From assembly GCA_965197475.1 (NCBI GenBank), contig CBDANF010000002.1:224001-288000 (forward strand): a stretch of 64,000 bases of DNA, in the 5' to 3' direction. Every line of letters begins with the position of its first letter. The stretch's first letter is position 1. Of this stretch, positions 41,481-52,070 are shown piece by piece. Both the position numbers and the translations under genes were made by a program. Origin of the DNA: Candidatus Poribacteria bacterium (GTDB lineage Bacteria; Poribacteria; WGA-4E; WGA-3G). The notes under the pieces are model-generated. The model ran no database searches and was not told the origin of the DNA. It worked only from the letters and a program-made list of their open reading frames with translations.

Positions 41481-42303
41481 AAAAGCAATGCGGGATGTAT
41501 GGGAAATCTCTTATCTGAATTCGCAAGCGAAAGAACGCCTTGGCTATCCAACACAGAAGCCACGTGCCCTTTACGAACGCATGGTAAAAGCCTCCAGCAA
41601 CGAAGGCGAAATCGTCCTTGATCCGTTCTGTGGATGTGGCACAACTATTGATGCCGCGCACACCCTCAACCGATATTGGATCGGTATTGAGATAACAATC
41701 CTTGCACTGGACCCGATGCGTGAACGGTTAGCAGATCGACACGGATTAGAACCATCCGTTGACTACCAAATTGAAGGGTATCCGACTAATATGCAGGAAG
41801 TTCACAGGTTGTTGAAAGAAGGTGACAAACGCAAGTATCACGATTTCTCAAATTGGGCGGTAACACGGCTTGGGCTTAAACCGACGAAAGATGTCGACGA
41901 TGGCGGTCTTGACGGTGTCGGACATTTAACGTTATGGGATCCGCAACAGATGAAAGAGTCGGATTCACGTATCCTCGCCGAAGTCAAAGCCGGTAAACCT
42001 ACGATGACACAAGTACGTGCCTTCTGTCATGTGATGGATCAACACGAAGCGGAGGTCGGCATTTTTATTACTATTGAACCCGTCACCGCGAAAATGCGAC
42101 AAGAGGCACAGAATATGGGTACTTTTGAGCACAACAATAAAACCTACCCTCGCCTTCAGTTCTGGCAAATAGATGATACCTACTTTGAGAACCCGGATAT
42201 TATCAATACCCTCGTCCGGTTACCAGATGCATGGCGGATTCGTCCAACCCAAAAATCTGAACGTCACTTTGACGACCAACAGCTGCAATTACTGCGCGGG
42301 TAG
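41481..42303 (+). pseudogene. 5'-truncated N4/N6 DNA methyltransferase with C-terminal Mrr-like restriction domain
   Basis: 'DVWEI...GYPTQKP...LDPFCGCGTT' and C-terminal 'DGGLDG...EVKAG'; the catalytic DPPY-type N-terminal part is missing; homology begins at the IS right end. Confidence 0.8.
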
Positions 42304-42383
42304 TTTTGGTCCCGCATTCAAATAACTTTGTTCCTTCCATTTCCTACCCATTCCTCCTTCTAAGCTTCTTGTCTGATTTTATG

Positions 42384-42412
42384 TTGACAATAATTGTCAA
42401 ATTTGGTACACT
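42384..42412 (+). promoter_or_regulatory. Sigma70 promoter with a perfect palindrome over the -35 box
   Basis: TTGACA-17 bp-TACACT; TTGACAAT-A-ATTGTCAA at 42384-42400. Confidence 0.7.
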
Positions 42413-42447
42413 AAAAGAAGCGAAATAAATATGAATCGGGGAATTAT

Positions 42448-45400
42448 ATGAGAATTCGGAATTATATCATAGTCCATCTATTGGTTTTTCTGGGTTTCGT
42501 CTCATTCGGTTACGCAGCAGATGGCGAAAAAAAGTTAGGGCTGTCAGAGGCTGCTATTCAAATCCGAGATGAACTCTCCATTAGAAACATTCGGAAAGAC
42601 CTTGCACGATTATCAAGTCTTGAAAGCCGTGTCACCGGTTATCCACAAGCAGCAAATGGAAGCAAATATATTTTTGACCGTTTCGTTGAAATGGGATTGA
42701 AGAATGTCGAAAGCCGTGAATTTACAGTCACAGTCCCCGTCGATCATGGTGATAGTGCTATTGACATCCTTTCCGGTGATGGCACGGTGCTACGCACATT
42801 CCCGCTCAAAGCGTTGTGGCCAAACCTTGTCCGAACGTCCCTCCTTGCCGATGGTGTCAAACATACCGTTGAAGCCGGTGAAACCCTCGGAAAAATTGCA
42901 GAGAACTATGCTGTCTCCTTGACAGACATCGCAGAAAACCCGCATAACCAACATCTTCCTACACCTGTTGTGGAGGGAAACACTGTCTTTATTCCAACCG
43001 GCGGTCTCACCGGTCCGTTGCTTTATGGCGACGATGCGCAACTTGCCGATTTCAACGGACGGAACGTCGGTGGTTTTTGGTATCCGCTCCAAGAAGGCGA
43101 TACACTTGTTGCCCTCGCGAGACGTTATCGCGTTACGCAAGCAAGCATAACGGATGATGTTCTCAACGGACACCTCCAGAAAGCTTCTGATGGCATTGAT
43201 AACAATGAAGATGGCACCGTTGACGAATACGGTGAAATACCGCTGTTATCAGAAATTCTTGGCTGGGCAACTGACGGTATTGATAACGATTCTGATGGTT
43301 GGACAGACGAAGTTCCTGGCGATGCCACAGATGGCATTGATAACAACAAGGACGGTCGGATTGACGAAACAGGCGAATTTATTGCATCAAGCGAATCCGA
43401 TATTTTTATCCCCAAGGGCGCAATCATCCTCATTGAGTTTAACTCAGGCACTCGCTGGATCAATGCCGCAATGCTCGGTGCATCCGCGGTCATCTTTATA
43501 GAACCTGAAACGACGATCCGAGGTGAAGCAGAGAACAAGTTCCTCACCGTTCCGGCAAATATTCCCCGGTTTTGGGTTTCCAAAGCAGACGCAGCCGAAT
43601 TGAAGAATCGCCTTGCCACAGGCGAAAACGTGGATGTCCGTTTGCGTGGTAAAATGAAATGGGATCGGCGCGTCGGTCAGAACATTCGCGGGTTTTTAGA
43701 GGGTGGCGATCCTGTCCTGCGCGATGAACTGGTCGTGCTTACCGCCTACTATGATTCAATGTCTGTTGTGCCAGCAATCGCCCCCGGTGCTGATCCAACC
43801 TGTGGAATTGCTGTCCTCATGGAACTTGCACACTTGTTTGGACAACCCCAGTATCGTCCTGGTCGTTCTGTCCTATTTGTTGCTGTTGATGCACATTTTC
43901 AAGGCTTAACCGGAATGCGTGCGTTTATGGAAGGTATTGGACAAGACATTGTCGGTTCTGCAACCGATTCCCCCGGAACGCCTACTTTGCACGGGTTAAG
44001 AAGGGGATTATCTAATGATATTATAGAATTTGAAGAATTGGGACGTAAACTTTTGCTCTCCATTGATCGGAGTATTTTGGTTGACCTTGACGCGGATTTC
44101 TATCACGGTGTGCATGGCGTAAAGGGAGACCTTAAATCGCTTGCCACAACGTTAACAGGACTCTCTACAACCCGTTCTCAAATTGATTCGCTACACAGAG
44201 CGCAACGGGATTTCTCAGAACGACAGAAAAAAGATGCGGATCGCAACCGAAAACGCGAAAAACAGGGATTTACAGAAGAAGAGAAATCAAGGCTCAATGC
44301 CAATCTCGTCCGTTTTGAGAAGGAAGCACTCCAAACCACACACTTCCTCCGAGAGATCGTTAAACGGCTTGCACAGATTCGGACATCCGCCTTGGAAACA
44401 AGCAGGGAAGCACAGCGAGAACTCATTGATACCATCGCCCTACCTATTGCACGATTAGACACATGGGCAATCAATAAACTTGCGCGCGAACTTGAAGCAG
44501 ATGAAATAGGCGACCAATACGGCACGCATCCAAATTCATCCTATCTGTTGCCAGTGAGGGACGGAGCTGATTACAGTGTGCCAATGCCCGACGATCTGCC
44601 CTCAGAATTGGTTGCTGACATTGAGCAACTCAACAACACCCTTGCCAATTGGGAAATGAGTGATCTACGGAAGTTTGCGTTAATGTGGACACCGGATAAG
44701 ATACTCGATCGGCATTTGGATCTGCCATCTCTCAAACGGGCGAGGAACGCACGTAAAATCCTGGCAAAGACGACCGAATCAAAGGAAGCAGTCATATCGC
44801 AAGAGCGAGCATTTCTACAGAAAATTCATGAAAACCTCAAGGACAGCACATCCATCGAAAATCAGATTAAAGCTGCTATCACGAAATTGGGCGATGACCG
44901 TGAACACGATATACCCCCCGAAATACGGTCCCAGTATCTCACAGTTACATCCCAAGGACGGATTGATAGGATCAATGCGCAACTGCGGCAACGTTTGACC
45001 GAAGCAGCTGCAGCGTCTGATGCGAGTGAAAATACAGATGGCTTAATTAAGGATTTGGCGCGCGATAAGCAGGGCATTTTTGAAATTGCTATGCGGAATG
45101 CTCGTTTAGAACGAGAACGTATCCAAAACCTCCTCGATTCCCACGCCACCCTTACACGCGAATATCTTGATGAGGAATTGTTGATTCTAAGTAGTTATTT
45201 GTCCAGTGAAGAGGTTGAGCAAGCAAAAGAGGCACGTAAACGCGTCGCCGCCTATTTAATTGAGGCACAAGTTCTACAGGTTGTAAAACAGAATGCTGCT
45301 GCAGACGTGGTTGCTCTCAATAATTTCATCAAACAACTCCCATCGCTCACCACAGACTTAGATGCACAGACAAAGGTGCTTCTTCGAGACAATATGCTTA

Positions 45401-48400
45401 CCTTAAGGAACGCTCGATTCCGAAACATTCAGAGCAGAATTGAGAAAATGGCGCGCATTAGCGGAATAGAATATAATCGCAAACTCGCACAGATTGAAGC
45501 TGCAGTGGCACTACAAGACCTTTTCAACCGCTACTATACCTCCCTTTTCTGTAGTATTGACCTCTCTTCTCAATCAAATCAGTTCGGTGTATTTAACAAA
45601 GGGTGGTTCTATGACCAAGAACCAGAATTTGTATTACGCAGAGAATTCGCAAGCATCGGAAATAAACTTGCAGCTTATGCGGCAGATGCCGATTTCGGTG
45701 TCCGTGTCAGAAAATTATGGCGGGCAACAGATGATCAGATTCGCCAAGCGGTTATGGCACGGCAGTGGTCGGTGGCAAGTCAGATTTCCGATAAGGCTGA
45801 CCTTGAAGGGAAAACGCTTGAAACTTTGCTCAGCGCGCACTATGGAAAACTCACCGGTTTAGGTGGTGTCAGTCGCCTCATGAAGATGCAGTTTGAGCAG
45901 TGGCGGAACCGGGGCGAACCTTCTGAAGATATGCTCAAGGATATGGACTACATCCGCAAAGAGGTGGAACGGTTTATCCGAAACGATGTCCGTAGTGCAA
46001 AGAAAAATCGGAAGAACAGTATCCGCATGCGCGAGAAGTTAGATGCGATGCTCATACTCCGACACGAAGACCCGGATGCCTTCACAGAAGAAGAGATAGA
46101 GGACATAAAAACATTGATCTCAATTGTCGGACTTGGCGGCGGTTCAAACTTTGTTAATGCCATCTCTGCCAGTGGTGGGAAGACTTGGAAAACCTATATT
46201 CCCGGAAAAATTGCCTTTGACAGCGAAGTCGCAACACTTGTTGGTAAAACAGGTATCGCCTTTGCAACTATTGAGGACGCACGTGTCCTCACCGACACAC
46301 CGCTTGATACGATTGACCGTGTTGACCTGCGCGAAGATGGCAACCTACACCAGCAAGCGAAAACATTAGCATCGCTACTGATACAAGCACTACGCGACCC
46401 GCAGATGCCAACTGCAGCGAGGGTCGGAAACTTCTATTGCAACCTTTTCGGTGACGTTGTTGAATTCGATGCTCGCGAATCTGCACTACCAAATAAACCT
46501 GTTCCATACCCGATTCTGACGCTCCGCCGTAAACACAAGACGATGATGGGGGTGCGCGGTGACCTATTTGCCATGGGTGATAACAAGGGTAATTTTGAAG
46601 TCGCTGGGTTGGCAATGGAAGGAAGAGCGACCCGCCGACTCGGAGGGGCACAGGAAGTTGAGGCATACATCCTTGACCCTGATTCTGGGGATATTGTGTA
46701 CGCGCCTGATCTTGGGAATTACGGTGCCAAACTTCTGCCAAATAAAGTGCGGATCAACACACGGCGGCGTGGATGTCGGGTTGTCACCTTTCCCTGCGTG
46801 TCTACCACTATCTACGACTTGGTTGACCAACGTTATCTCCGAACTTTACGCGAATTAGAGGTATATGATGCGCTATCCGATAGTCCGCCAGAAAAATTCG
46901 GAATGTCTAAACCGTGGCAGCAGGAAGGTGTGTCCGCAGCTGAACCTATTGCGCTCGTCTATAGCGAACCCAATACCCGTATTAAAATCGGCATGGCTTA
47001 TGGGCAGATCGGTAAACGTTTGCTCCTGATTAAAGCAACTAAAAGCGGTATGAAAAATCCGATTCTTTATACTGGTGAAGGGTTTGTCGTGCGCGAAAAC
47101 GGTAGCATCCGCCTTACGCCGTATGTTGTTGTGCGTGATATGTGGTGGCTTGATGAAAACCGATCTCGACTTTACAAACGGTTCGGTATTTCCAGTGACC
47201 GTCTTGATAAATTACACCAATTTGCGAATGAATATCTCACACGTGCAGAAACCGCACTTTTCCAAAACGATTACCAACAGGCACTGAAGTTGGCACGCGC
47301 TGCATGGGGGTATGAATCACGCGCCTATCCGGATGTTAAAAGAACAGGCAACGATGTCGTTAATGGCATTATGTTTTACCTTGCGCTCTTGATGCCGTTT
47401 GCATACTTTATGGAACGCCTCATATTCGGGTTTCCTAACATTAACAAACAGATTTTAGCCACTTTTGGTATCTTCCTTCTCGTTTTTTACTTCTTGAGTC
47501 AGGTTCACCCGGCATTTCAGATAACGACAACACCCATAATCATCTTAATTGCATTCGTTGTTCTTGCTTTGACAGTAATTGTTATCAGTATCATTGTGAG
47601 GAAATTTGAGGAACAACTTGAGAAAATTCGACAGCAAGGCAATAAGGTGTATAAGGCAGATGTCGGTAGGTTGAGTGCAAGTGCTGCGGCATTTAGCCTC
47701 GGTATATCCAATATGCGGAAACGGAAAGGACGCACCATCCTTACCTGTGCAACGTTGGTTATCCTCACGTTCACTGTCATTTCGTTTACGTCGGTGCGGA
47801 CATTTTTGCGTCCTAACCGAACAAGCCTGCCACAGGTTACACCGCGTTATACCGGTTTGCTCATCCGAGATCAGTATTGGCGTCCTCTTGAAGAACCTGT
47901 GTTGAACTCGATCCTGAACGACATGCAGAAGACGCAAATTACTGTTGATGACTTGGAACGGCTTCTGCGACAGAAGAACGAACTTCTGGCAAAGCGGGGG
48001 CAAACGCAGTTAGATATTTCTGAGGCAATTGCTGGACTGCAGGAAAATGGGTTTATCCAAAATATGGATGAAGTACCGGTCCTCGCCGTTCAGAACGTTG
48101 TCGCGCCACGCGCTTGGTATCAGTCTTCAGGAACAGGCGATCAATCCTTTGTGCAATTAACCCGTAGTCCAAACGCGCAAGACCCCGTACCACCTACAAA
48201 TCCACTCACAGGTGAAGCGTTGAAGTTTGCGGCAAACATGCTTGTCGGGATGAGTGAGGCGGAACCCACGGTCACAGGTATTGATAGATATCTGCAGTAC
48301 GGAAAATGGTTCGACCGCGCCGACGCTGCCAATTGGCCAACTGAGTGGCCCTACGCTATCGTGCTTCCGAAAGGGATGGGAGATCTCTTGAAAATTACTG

Positions 48401-49719
48401 AGAGCGACATGGGGAAAGCGACAATCTCTGTATACGGGGCTGACTTCACCGTCGTTGGTGTTTTAGGAATAGGATTCAAGGACCTGACCGATAATGATGG
48501 TGAAGAAATGACACCTGTGGATTATCAATTGATGCAACAGCAACAAAGCCGTGGCGGCACAGGCGATGAAACCCTTGAGGGGGAACTTCAGAAATATCTT
48601 CATCTCACCCCAGATAGTATTGCCGTTTTGCCCTATGAAGTCGTTATGAACCAAGGTGGAACGTTGAGAAGTGTCGCAGTAAATATGGATTCTCAAGACG
48701 ACGATCCGAAGTTACTCGGTGCAATTGATAAGCTGGATCTCATCATGGCACCACTGATGAATCGCATCGCGCTTGATTTCTTTGTCGGGCGGGACAAAGA
48801 CACCTATCTTTATAGTAGTATCGGCATGACAAGTTTTAGCGGGATGGGTAACCTATTCGTTCCGATTCTGATTGCTGCGTTAATTGTCTTAAATACCATG
48901 CTCGGTGCGGTTTATGAACGCGTACGCGAAATCAGCATCTACAGTTCCGTAGGACTCGCACCTATCCATATCGCTTTTCTCTTCCTCGCCGAAGCGTGCG
49001 TCTATGCGATTGTTGGAGCTGTCTTAGGCTACCTGATGGGGCAGGTCATCGCAACAACGTTGGTGCATTTCGGTTGGCTTGCAGGCTTAACGCTAAACTA
49101 TTCTTCAATGTCTACCGTCGTAGCAACAGTTATTGTGATGATTGTCGTGCTGCTCAGTACGCTTTATCCTGCTGTAAAAGCCTCGCGTATGGCAGTGCCG
49201 GATATTGAACGTAAATGGAAGTTGCCCGAACCCGAAGGCGATGTTTGGCACTTCAATTTGCCATTTACCGTCCTTGCAGAAGAATCACTTGGATTGAACG
49301 TCTTTATGCGTGACTACTTTGATGCACATGCCGATGAGTCTGCCAGCGATTTCTATACGGACAATGTTACTTTCAGCACGAAAACCGAAGAGGATTCATA
49401 TCAGATTGGTATGATGGTGTGGTTGGCACCTTACGATTTAGGAGTGAGTCAATCTATCCAATTTGTCACCTCGCCTGTCGGTGGTGAAGAGGAAGACCTT
49501 TACAAAATCACATTAGATGTACACCGTGAAAGCGGAGAGATCGCTTCTTGGAAGCGAGTCAATCGTCGGTTCCTGAATTTGTTGCGAAAGCAGCTGCTGA
49601 TATGGCGAACCTTCAGCGTTGATATTCGCGCAGAATTCCACGAACGTGGTAGAACCGAAAGCACTGATACGTCGGAAGGCACAGTACAATTGGATCCTGT
49701 TGTGGCACTGGCGGATTAG
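42448..49719 (+). CDS. Giant membrane protein: signal peptide, PA/M28-peptidase-like domain with LysM and DGIDNxxDG repeats, helical inserts, FtsX/MacB-like permease
   Basis: LysM-like 'HTVEAGETLGKIAENY' and 'YPLQEGDTLVALARRY'; three DGIDN(N/D)xDG repeats; 'LTAYYDS...APGAD' M28 fold; 'NMRKRKGRTILT' and 'NTMLGAVYERVREISIYSSVGLAP' FtsX-type motifs. Confidence 0.8.
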   Translation: MRIRNYIIVHLLVFLGFVSFGYAADGEKKLGLSEAAIQIRDELSIRNIRKDLARLSSLESRVTGYPQAANGSKYIFDRFVEMGLKNVESREFTVTVPVDHGDSAIDILSGDGTVLRTFPLKALWPNLVRTSLLADGVKHTVEAGETLGKIAENYAVSLTDIAENPHNQHLPTPVVEGNTVFIPTGGLTGPLLYGDDAQLADFNGRNVGGFWYPLQEGDTLVALARRYRVTQASITDDVLNGHLQKASDGIDNNEDGTVDEYGEIPLLSEILGWATDGIDNDSDGWTDEVPGDATDGIDNNKDGRIDETGEFIASSESDIFIPKGAIILIEFNSGTRWINAAMLGASAVIFIEPETTIRGEAENKFLTVPANIPRFWVSKADAAELKNRLATGENVDVRLRGKMKWDRRVGQNIRGFLEGGDPVLRDELVVLTAYYDSMSVVPAIAPGADPTCGIAVLMELAHLFGQPQYRPGRSVLFVAVDAHFQGLTGMRAFMEGIGQDIVGSATDSPGTPTLHGLRRGLSNDIIEFEELGRKLLLSIDRSILVDLDADFYHGVHGVKGDLKSLATTLTGLSTTRSQIDSLHRAQRDFSERQKKDADRNRKREKQGFTEEEKSRLNANLVRFEKEALQTTHFLREIVKRLAQIRTSALETSREAQRELIDTIALPIARLDTWAINKLARELEADEIGDQYGTHPNSSYLLPVRDGADYSVPMPDDLPSELVADIEQLNNTLANWEMSDLRKFALMWTPDKILDRHLDLPSLKRARNARKILAKTTESKEAVISQERAFLQKIHENLKDSTSIENQIKAAITKLGDDREHDIPPEIRSQYLTVTSQGRIDRINAQLRQRLTEAAAASDASENTDGLIKDLARDKQGIFEIAMRNARLERERIQNLLDSHATLTREYLDEELLILSSYLSSEEVEQAKEARKRVAAYLIEAQVLQVVKQNAAADVVALNNFIKQLPSLTTDLDAQTKVLLRDNMLTLRNARFRNIQSRIEKMARISGIEYNRKLAQIEAAVALQDLFNRYYTSLFCSIDLSSQSNQFGVFNKGWFYDQEPEFVLRREFASIGNKLAAYAADADFGVRVRKLWRATDDQIRQAVMARQWSVASQISDKADLEGKTLETLLSAHYGKLTGLGGVSRLMKMQFEQWRNRGEPSEDMLKDMDYIRKEVERFIRNDVRSAKKNRKNSIRMREKLDAMLILRHEDPDAFTEEEIEDIKTLISIVGLGGGSNFVNAISASGGKTWKTYIPGKIAFDSEVATLVGKTGIAFATIEDARVLTDTPLDTIDRVDLREDGNLHQQAKTLASLLIQALRDPQMPTAARVGNFYCNLFGDVVEFDARESALPNKPVPYPILTLRRKHKTMMGVRGDLFAMGDNKGNFEVAGLAMEGRATRRLGGAQEVEAYILDPDSGDIVYAPDLGNYGAKLLPNKVRINTRRRGCRVVTFPCVSTTIYDLVDQRYLRTLRELEVYDALSDSPPEKFGMSKPWQQEGVSAAEPIALVYSEPNTRIKIGMAYGQIGKRLLLIKATKSGMKNPILYTGEGFVVRENGSIRLTPYVVVRDMWWLDENRSRLYKRFGISSDRLDKLHQFANEYLTRAETALFQNDYQQALKLARAAWGYESRAYPDVKRTGNDVVNGIMFYLALLMPFAYFMERLIFGFPNINKQILATFGIFLLVFYFLSQVHPAFQITTTPIIILIAFVVLALTVIVISIIVRKFEEQLEKIRQQGNKVYKADVGRLSASAAAFSLGISNMRKRKGRTILTCATLVILTFTVISFTSVRTFLRPNRTSLPQVTPRYTGLLIRDQYWRPLEEPVLNSILNDMQKTQITVDDLERLLRQKNELLAKRGQTQLDISEAIAGLQENGFIQNMDEVPVLAVQNVVAPRAWYQSSGTGDQSFVQLTRSPNAQDPVPPTNPLTGEALKFAANMLVGMSEAEPTVTGIDRYLQYGKWFDRADAANWPTEWPYAIVLPKGMGDLLKITESDMGKATISVYGADFTVVGVLGIGFKDLTDNDGEEMTPVDYQLMQQQQSRGGTGDETLEGELQKYLHLTPDSIAVLPYEVVMNQGGTLRSVAVNMDSQDDDPKLLGAIDKLDLIMAPLMNRIALDFFVGRDKDTYLYSSIGMTSFSGMGNLFVPILIAALIVLNTMLGAVYERVREISIYSSVGLAPIHIAFLFLAEACVYAIVGAVLGYLMGQVIATTLVHFGWLAGLTLNYSSMSTVVATVIVMIVVLLSTLYPAVKASRMAVPDIERKWKLPEPEGDVWHFNLPFTVLAEESLGLNVFMRDYFDAHADESASDFYTDNVTFSTKTEEDSYQIGMMVWLAPYDLGVSQSIQFVTSPVGGEEEDLYKITLDVHRESGEIASWKRVNRRFLNLLRKQLLIWRTFSVDIRAEFHERGRTESTDTSEGTVQLDPVVALAD

Positions 49720-49753
49720 ACACATCACTATCTTACGGACAAGGGAATAGTAC

Positions 49754-49945
49754 ATGGAAAAATTAGCAAGTTTTATCATTATCATTGGAACTGTCCTATG
49801 GTTAGTCAGCATTCTGTTTTTGGGAGGGCGTTGGCAGTGGCAGATGTTCGCTGCGCTTGTTTTGATCATTGGGATATTTACCGCTCATTTTTGGGAAGAA
49901 CTCAGCGAAGGAAAGAACAAAAATACACCGAAAGATGATAATTGA
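49754..49945 (+). CDS. Small two-TM membrane protein
   Basis: Two hydrophobic helices; co-oriented within the cluster. Confidence 0.6.
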   Translation: MEKLASFIIIIGTVLWLVSILFLGGRWQWQMFAALVLIIGIFTAHFWEELSEGKNKNTPKDDN

Positions 49946-50025
49946 ATGGCTCTCGACTCTCGGAGTTTGTAGCACACACGTTTACATTTTACCACAAAAG
50001 TTCTTTGTTGATTATTGAGAGTTGA

Positions 50026-52041
50026 TTGTCAACACAAAGGAGAATATTCAATTTGGCGAGAGAGAGAATCTCACAAGCAGATGAATGGCAATCTTGGGCA
50101 CAACGCTACGACATAGAAGGCGGCGTACGAACCTTTGAATCGGGATTAACCGTCAAAGTGTTCTTCGGCGCACTCTTTGTCGGGTTGCTGATGATGCCCG
50201 GTTCCATCTATCTGAGTTATGTATCTGGTCAGTCCGGTGCAGCTGCTGCCCCTTGGGTTGCAGTTATCCTGTTTACCGAATTAGCTAGACGTTCCTTCAC
50301 CACGGCACGTCGTCAAGAACTCTATATGCTCCTCAGTCTCACTGGGGCAGCAGTCGGCAGTGGTATGCAATATCGGAATTTTATCTGGTATGCCTATTTT
50401 GTAAACACGCCGCAAGCCGTTTCTTATGAAATTGCCGACAAGATCCCCGCATGGGTTGTTCCCGCGGGTGATTCTGCTGGGGTACTGACGAGGAGTTTGT
50501 TACATTCCGATTGGTTATTACCTATCGGTGTCTACCTTGCAACTAAACTTCTCGGCACGTTGCGTTTTGTCAGCGGTCAATATATCCTCTTTAGGCTTAC
50601 CGCAGATCTCGAACGACTCCCTTATCCGATGGCACCGATTACTGCGCAAGGTGCAACTGCCTTAGCCGAGACAACCGGTAAACAGGAAACATGGCGATGG
50701 CAAGTGTTCTCTATCGGATCTATGGCAGGCTTAATATGGGGATTCATCTATATCGGTGTTCCTGCGCTCACTGGAGTGATGATGAGCCAACCGATCCAGA
50801 TTCTGCAGATACCGTGGATAGACTTTACGCAAAGTATTGAAGGATTCGCACCGACAGGGGTTTTCGCGCTCCGGACAGATTTCGGGCAGATGCTCTTCGG
50901 ATTTGTCTTGCCGTTCCCAGTGGTCATGTCGGAGTTTGTCGCAGCGATGCTATCGCAATTCGTTTTGAATCCGCAAATCCTCTACAGATACGAGATTTTA
51001 CATCAATGGGAGCCTGGACTTGATGTACGCGCGACAGGACTTTTCAACAATCTTGATTTCTGGATGAGTTACGGCATGGGTAAAACGTTTAGCCTTGGTC
51101 TTGTTGGCATGGCAGCCTCTATCCCGATGCTTTTCAAACTTCGCAGTACCCAGAAAAAGGCGGGACAACGGGGTTCACTTGCCACACCACCGAACCGTGG
51201 TGATTTTCCATTATGGCTTATGGGAATACTATGGCTCATCGGTATGGCGGGCTTTGTCTGGCTCATCCATTGGATGGTTCCGAATTTCCCGCTTAGTTTC
51301 CTACTTGGGTTCGCGTTTATATATACACCGGTGAATTCCTATATCACCGCAAGGACGTTCGGCGTACTCGGACGTGATCTATTTGAAATACCTTATTTAC
51401 ATGAGATCACCTTTATTCTCAGTCGGTACGAGGAAATTGATATCTGGTTTGCACCGCTACCTGACGAAGATTACGGACAAGGCACACAGGGGTGGCGCGT
51501 GCTTGAACTTACGGGAACAACTTTTACATCAAACCTCGCTGCTACACTGCTGATTATGCCTATCCTGATTGTCAGTGGAATTGTGGTACAACACTTTATC
51601 TGGCAAATAGCCCCAATACCGAGCGCACAATATCCGTTTGTTCAGATGATGTGGCCTATTAACGCAACAAACGAATGTCTCATGAAAACATCACTACGCG
51701 ATGGGAATAGTGAAATGCTTCAAGCCATCCGGGGTGATTATGTCGCAGCAGGATTTACCTCAAGTCTTGCTATCTATGGGCTGCTTTGGGTGTTTAAATA
51801 CCCATCAATGTGGTTTTACGGTATCATCGGTGGAATCGGTGCGGATCCGGGCAGCATGGTTGCGCGGTTACTCGGTGCCGTCATCGGTAGATTCTATATG
51901 ATTAAGCGGTTCGGTTTGAAAAGGTGGTTTATGTTCAATCCGGTACTGGCAGCAGGTTTTGCTTGCGGCGTTGGACTGATCGGGATGGGTACTGTTGCAA
52001 TTGCCCTTGTATCCAAAGCCGTTATTGTTAAACCGTTTTAG
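50026..52041 (+). CDS. Polytopic membrane protein, OPT oligopeptide-transporter-like
   Basis: Many TM segments; 'ERLPYPMAPITAQGATAL' resembles the OPT 'L.fP' motif; exact start uncertain (TTG 50026 or 50053). Confidence 0.65.
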   Translation: MSTQRRIFNLARERISQADEWQSWAQRYDIEGGVRTFESGLTVKVFFGALFVGLLMMPGSIYLSYVSGQSGAAAAPWVAVILFTELARRSFTTARRQELYMLLSLTGAAVGSGMQYRNFIWYAYFVNTPQAVSYEIADKIPAWVVPAGDSAGVLTRSLLHSDWLLPIGVYLATKLLGTLRFVSGQYILFRLTADLERLPYPMAPITAQGATALAETTGKQETWRWQVFSIGSMAGLIWGFIYIGVPALTGVMMSQPIQILQIPWIDFTQSIEGFAPTGVFALRTDFGQMLFGFVLPFPVVMSEFVAAMLSQFVLNPQILYRYEILHQWEPGLDVRATGLFNNLDFWMSYGMGKTFSLGLVGMAASIPMLFKLRSTQKKAGQRGSLATPPNRGDFPLWLMGILWLIGMAGFVWLIHWMVPNFPLSFLLGFAFIYTPVNSYITARTFGVLGRDLFEIPYLHEITFILSRYEEIDIWFAPLPDEDYGQGTQGWRVLELTGTTFTSNLAATLLIMPILIVSGIVVQHFIWQIAPIPSAQYPFVQMMWPINATNECLMKTSLRDGNSEMLQAIRGDYVAAGFTSSLAIYGLLWVFKYPSMWFYGIIGGIGADPGSMVARLLGAVIGRFYMIKRFGLKRWFMFNPVLAAGFACGVGLIGMGTVAIALVSKAVIVKPF

Positions 52042-52070
52042 GCAGAGTTCTTTCGTGGTAGGAAAGAGAT

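Noticed and set aside
49754-49945. Small ORF as a RiPP precursor for the PqqD-like protein
   Set aside because: It is two hydrophobic helices with no leader/core pattern, and no modifying enzyme is in the cluster.
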